A DNA stretch of 64,000 nucleotides, taken from Gemmatimonadales bacterium (GTDB lineage Bacteria; Gemmatimonadota; Gemmatimonadetes; Gemmatimonadales; GWC2-71-9). Under the pieces are notes generated by a model. It saw only the letters and a program-made list of their open reading frames with translations, was not told the origin of the DNA and did no database searches. A program made the translations under genes and the position numbers. Below, one piece after another: positions 59,791 through 64,000 of the stretch (position 1 is the first letter of the stretch; each line of letters opens with the position of its first letter). The DNA is taken from NCBI GenBank assembly GCA_050733075.1, contig JBOHSD010000002.1, positions 174,649 through 238,648 on the forward strand, in the 5' to 3' direction.

Positions 59791-61074
59791 TCAGGCGCTC
59801 CGCCGGACCCGGCTCGGGGTCCGTCTGGGTTGGTATAGGGGGAAGGCTGCCGCCAGCTCTTCCGCTTCGGCCCTGACCCGTGCCAGGGTCTCCTCTTCCG
59901 GATGAGTGAGCGCCTGGTCGATGAGCTCTGCAACCTGAACCATTTCCGAGACACCCATACCCCGGGTAGTGGCCGCGGGCGTGCCGATCCGGATGCCGCT
60001 GGTCACGAAGGGAGACTGCGGATCGTCGGGAATGGTGTTCTTGTTGACCGTGATGCTCGCCTGGCCCAGCAGCTTCTCCGCCGCCTTCCCGGTCAGATTC
60101 TTGGGCCGCAAGTCGACCAGCATGAGATGCGAGTCGGTCCCGCCCGAGACGATGGCAAAGCCGCGCTCGGACAGGGCACCGGCGAGGGCCCTGGCATTCT
60201 CCACGATTCGGCGGGCGTAGGCCTTGAAGTCGTCGGTCAGTGCCTCGCCGAACGCCACCGCCTTGGCGGCGATCACGTGTTGCAGCGGACCGCCCTGGGT
60301 TCCTGGAAACACCGACTTGTCGATCGCCTTGGCGTGCTCGGCGGTGGAGAGGATCAGACCGGCGCGGGGCCCCCGCAGGGTCTTGTGGGTGGTGCTGGTG
60401 ACGACCTGCGCGTGGGGCACCGGCGAAGGGTATACGCCGCCGGCAACGAGGCCGGCGAAGTGAGCCATGTCTACCAGCAAGAAGGCGCCCACCTCGTCGG
60501 CGATCGACCGGAAGGCGGCGAAGTCGATGATGCGGGCGTAGGCGCTACCCCCGGCGATGATCAGCCTGGGTCGCTCCTGCCGGGCCTGGTCGCGCACCTT
60601 GTCGTAATCGATCCGGCCGGTAACCGGATCCACCCCGTAGTGAGTCGCCCGCCAGACCACCCCGCTATGGTTGACCGCGGCTCCATGCGACAGGTGGCCT
60701 CCGTGGGGCAACGACATGCCCATCAGCAGCTCACCGGGCCGGATGAGCGCCATGAAGGCCGCGAAGTTGGCCTGCGCGCCCGAATGCGGCTGCACGTTGG
60801 CGTGCTCGGCACCGAAGAGCTGCTTGAGTCGGTCGATTGCGAGCTGCTCCACCTCGTCCACTACCTCGCAGCCGCCGTAATACCGCCGGCCGGGATAGCC
60901 TTCGGCGTACTTGTTGGTCAAGGGCGTGCCCATGGCGTCTATCACTGCCCGGCTGGCGAAGTTCTCGCTGGCAATGAGCTCCAGCCCGCGCTGCTGGCGG
61001 CGCAGCTCGGCGTCGACCAGTCGCGCGACAGTCGGGTCTACTTCGCGGAGAGCGGCATTGTGATCGAGGCTCAT
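59791..61074 (-). CDS. glyA: serine hydroxymethyltransferase
   Basis: 427 aa. [18 protein letters not shown] and [13 protein letters not shown] (PLP-binding Lys). Confidence 0.98.
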   Translation of the reverse strand: MSLDHNAALREVDPTVARLVDAELRRQQRGLELIASENFASRAVIDAMGTPLTNKYAEGYPGRRYYGGCEVVDEVEQLAIDRLKQLFGAEHANVQPHSGAQANFAAFMALIRPGELLMGMSLPHGGHLSHGAAVNHSGVVWRATHYGVDPVTGRIDYDKVRDQARQERPRLIIAGGSAYARIIDFAAFRSIADEVGAFLLVDMAHFAGLVAGGVYPSPVPHAQVVTSTTHKTLRGPRAGLILSTAEHAKAIDKSVFPGTQGGPLQHVIAAKAVAFGEALTDDFKAYARRIVENARALAGALSERGFAIVSGGTDSHLMLVDLRPKNLTGKAAEKLLGQASITVNKNTIPDDPQSPFVTSGIRIGTPAATTRGMGVSEMVQVAELIDQALTHPEEETLARVRAEAEELAAAFPLYQPRRTPSRVRRSA

Positions 61075-61514
61075 TCGTGCTCCTGGTCGATCTTCTCTAC
61101 TCGGCGGCTGTGCCGGCCACCGGCGAACGCGGTATTCAGCCAGGTCTTCAGGATCTCGACTCCCTCGTCCTCACTCACGAAACGCGCCGGCAGAATGAGC
61201 ACGTTGGCGTCGTTGTGCTCCCGGGCGAGCCTGGCGAGCTCGGGTGACCAGACCACGGCGGCGCGGACGCCCGGGTGGCGGTTGGCTGCGTACGACATCC
61301 CCAGTCCGGTGCCGCAGAGCAGGACGCCTCGGTTGGCGTCGTGATGCTCTACCTTGGACGCCACGCCGTGGGCGTAATCCGGATAGTCGGTGGATTCGGG
61401 ACTGTGGGTGCCGAGGTCCAGCGGCTCGTAACCCAATGCCCGCAGCTCCTCAACCAGCCGCTCCTTGAGCTGAAAGCCGGCATGGTCCGACCCGATGGGA
61501 ATGACTTCGGCCAT
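61071..61514 (-). CDS. rpiB: ribose-5-phosphate isomerase B
   Basis: Start at [35 protein letters not shown]. 4-nt overlap with the glyA start. Confidence 0.9.
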   Translation of the reverse strand: MAEVIPIGSDHAGFQLKERLVEELRALGYEPLDLGTHSPESTDYPDYAHGVASKVEHHDANRGVLLCGTGLGMSYAANRHPGVRAAVVWSPELARLAREHNDANVLILPARFVSEDEGVEILKTWLNTAFAGGRHSRRVEKIDQEHE

Positions 61515-61536
61515 TGGGTTTAAGGTAAGAGATGGT

Positions 61537-61627
61537 GGGAAGGACGGAAAGGACGGCAAGGCTGGTGGCCTGAGGGTCTAGAAGTTGCAGCCTCTGCGGA
61601 CCTTCCCGTCATTCCCGTCTTGCCCGT
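61537..61627. repeat. inverted tandem 8-9-mer element at the 3' end of the dehydrogenase gene
   Basis: Left arm is GGGAAGGACGGAAAGGACGGCAAGG (61537-61561). Right arm is CCTTCCCGTCATTCCCGTCTTGCCCGT (61601-61627). The dehydrogenase TGA (61609-61611) lies in the right arm. Confidence 0.8.
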
Positions 61628-62667
61628 GGCGCCATCCACATCCTGTCGAGCCCCGCCACCGCCGAGATCCGCTGCTCGGCGAGCCGGTCGGCGGCGCGGT
61701 AGGTGGGGATCCGCTCCCGGCGGGCGATCTCGAAGATGCGGAGCAAGGTCTCATAAATCTCGCCGGCTTTGCGTTTGGCCCGCTCCACCGGCCAGCGGTG
61801 AAGCTCGCCGTAAACATTGATGACCCCACCACCGTTGATGACGTAATCGGGCGCGTAGAGAATCCCCCGCCTCTCCAGCTCGTCCCCGTGACGGTCTTCA
61901 GCCAACTGGTTGTTGGCTCCGCCGGCGATGATCTGGACCTTGAGCCGCGGCAGGGTGTCGTCATTGATCGTCGCCCCCAAGGCACAGGGGGCGTAGATCT
62001 CGGCTTCCTGATCGTAGATGGCGTCGGGTGGCACGTCTCGGGCACCGAACTCCTGCACTACCCGTCTGACCTTCTCGGCGTCGATATCGGTGACGATGAG
62101 CTTGGCGCCCTCGGCGTGCAGATGCTGGATCAGGTGATAGGCCACCTTACCGCAGCCTTGTACCGCTACCGTTTTGCCCGACAGGCTGTCGCTTCCCCAG
62201 CGAACCTTGGCCGCCGCCTTCATGCCCACATACACTCCGTAGGCGGTGACCGGTGAAGGATCTCCCGACAGACCGAGCAGGCCCGCGACGTGATCAGTCT
62301 CCAGCTTGATGTACTCCATGTCTGAAGGACTGGTGCCGATGTCTTCCGCCGTTATGTAGCGGCCACCCAGCGTCTCGATGAACCGGCCGTGGGCGCGGAA
62401 CAGCGCTTCCCGGTCCGGCCGCTTGTTATCGCCGATGATGACCGACTTGCCGCCTCCCAGGTTGATTCCGGCAACCGCCGACTTGTAGGTCATGCCCCGG
62501 GCCAGCCGCAGGGCGTCGGTAACGGCTTCCTCGGTGCTGGCGTACTCCCAGAAGCGGGTGCCCCCGAGCGCCGGGCCCAAAGTCGTGTCATGGATGGCGA
62601 TGATGCCAAAATACCCACACGAGGGGTCGTGCGAGAGCAGGACCTGCTCGTGGCCCATCGCCTGCAT
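61609..62667 (-). CDS. leucine/valine/phenylalanine dehydrogenase family (Glu/Leu/Phe/Val DH)
   Basis: [42 protein letters not shown] and [13 protein letters not shown]. Start uncertain: ATG 62667 (MQAMGHEQ) is used here. An ATG at 62805 would add about 45 residues encoded by the repeat element. Confidence 0.85.
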   Translation of the reverse strand: MQAMGHEQVLLSHDPSCGYFGIIAIHDTTLGPALGGTRFWEYASTEEAVTDALRLARGMTYKSAVAGINLGGGKSVIIGDNKRPDREALFRAHGRFIETLGGRYITAEDIGTSPSDMEYIKLETDHVAGLLGLSGDPSPVTAYGVYVGMKAAAKVRWGSDSLSGKTVAVQGCGKVAYHLIQHLHAEGAKLIVTDIDAEKVRRVVQEFGARDVPPDAIYDQEAEIYAPCALGATINDDTLPRLKVQIIAGGANNQLAEDRHGDELERRGILYAPDYVINGGGVINVYGELHRWPVERAKRKAGEIYETLLRIFEIARRERIPTYRAADRLAEQRISAVAGLDRMWMAPRARRE

Positions 62668-62706
62668 GGCCGCGAAGATGTCGGACCCTGCTCCAGGAGC
62701 GGAAAC

Positions 62707-62776
62707 GGCGAGAGGTGAGCGGTGAGCGGGGCCGTTGGTTGGGTCCGCCGAAACACTCCCGCTTACCGCTGACCGC

Positions 62777-62789
<13 letters not shown>
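62707..62789. repeat. inverted tandem-heptamer element at the 3' end of hbd
   Basis: Left arm is GGCGAGAGGTGAGCGGTGAGCGGGG. Right arm is CCCGCTTACCGCTGACCGCTTACCGCTCACGC. The hbd stop TAA (62777-62779) lies in the right arm. Confidence 0.8.
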
Positions 62790-63633
<844 letters not shown>

Positions 63634-63637
<4 letters not shown>

Positions 63638-64000
63638 CTCGGCTCCTTGCGAGACCAGCGCAGAGCAACCAGCAGGGCAATCGTGATAGCCACTGTCGCC
63701 ATGAGGCCGCCCTCGGGTCCGAACTGTCCTCCCGACAACCACACCGGGTCGCCGGCGCAGTAGTCGAGCAGCGGTATGTCGAAGGGTAGTCCACTTACCG
63801 GCGCGTCCAGCGCGGCCAGGGTTGCATTCCAGCCCAGGTGGGCGCCGAACGCGGTCCACAGGCCGCCCGGGGCATAGAAGGCCACTCCCAGGAAAATGCC
63901 GGCGAGGGCGATGTTCCCCAGACCCAGGGGAGTGATCCCGGGGTTGAGGCTGTGAAAGAGTGCGAAGACCAGTCCGGCGACGAGCACGAGGGCCGTGCCA
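63634..64000 (-). CDS. CPBP-family (CAAX/Abi) intramembrane protease, C-terminal part (5' end beyond the window)
   Basis: [11 protein letters not shown] ... [12 protein letters not shown] are hydrophobic helices with the conserved His motifs of CPBP proteases. The reading frame stays open to the window edge. Confidence 0.6.

Noticed and set aside
59902-61344. 480-aa plus-strand ORF opposite glyA/rpiB; also 30938-32515 opposite ileS, 8414-9823 opposite the TPR gene, 35776-36870 opposite the DUF2723 gene and 62735-63763 opposite hbd
   Set aside because: All are antisense shadows of strongly supported genes in GC-rich sequence.

Overview
GC-rich bacterial chromosomal segment. I call about 65 protein genes, 3 tRNAs and a family of short palindromic repeat elements. 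There are no rRNA genes, CRISPR arrays, transposases or integrases. Every gene from 1 to 42815 is on the minus strand.

Gene content, in window order:
- A dcw cell-wall cluster without mraZ: murD (partial), mraY, murF, murE, ftsI, ftsL, rsmH.
- tRNA-Asp, a secreted TPR protein, and tRNA-Val.
- An approximately 17 kb translationally coupled chemosensory operon (11043-28139).
- A Bacillus-like block: yggS, divIVA, ileS, a dksA-like gene, lspA, rluD.
- tilS, hpt, ftsH, folP and a DUF2723 membrane protein.
- An accessory stretch (42.8-53.2 kb): a metzincin lipoprotein with repeated modules, a disassembled LigD-type repair operon without Ku, two orphan receiver proteins, a TauE permease and an Ig-like lipoprotein.
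- Housekeeping genes: ftsB, eno, thiL, nnr, glyA, rpiB, an amino-acid dehydrogenase and hbd.

Main candidate for an undescribed system: the che operon at 11043-28139. It has cheA, cheY, cheC, cheR, cheD, cheB and three cheW genes but no MCP. Nested inside it are mglA/mglB, two further Roadblock proteins, two PATAN/DUF4388 proteins, TPR scaffolds and a 649-aa protein made of two DnaA-type AAA+ modules with no DNA-binding domain.

Second recurring signal: 3'-flanking palindromes built from tandem 7-9 nt units. Several supply the stop codon of the upstream gene, and one lies in frame inside a TPR gene.

All calls rest on reading the translated ORFs, motifs and gene order. No database search was possible.
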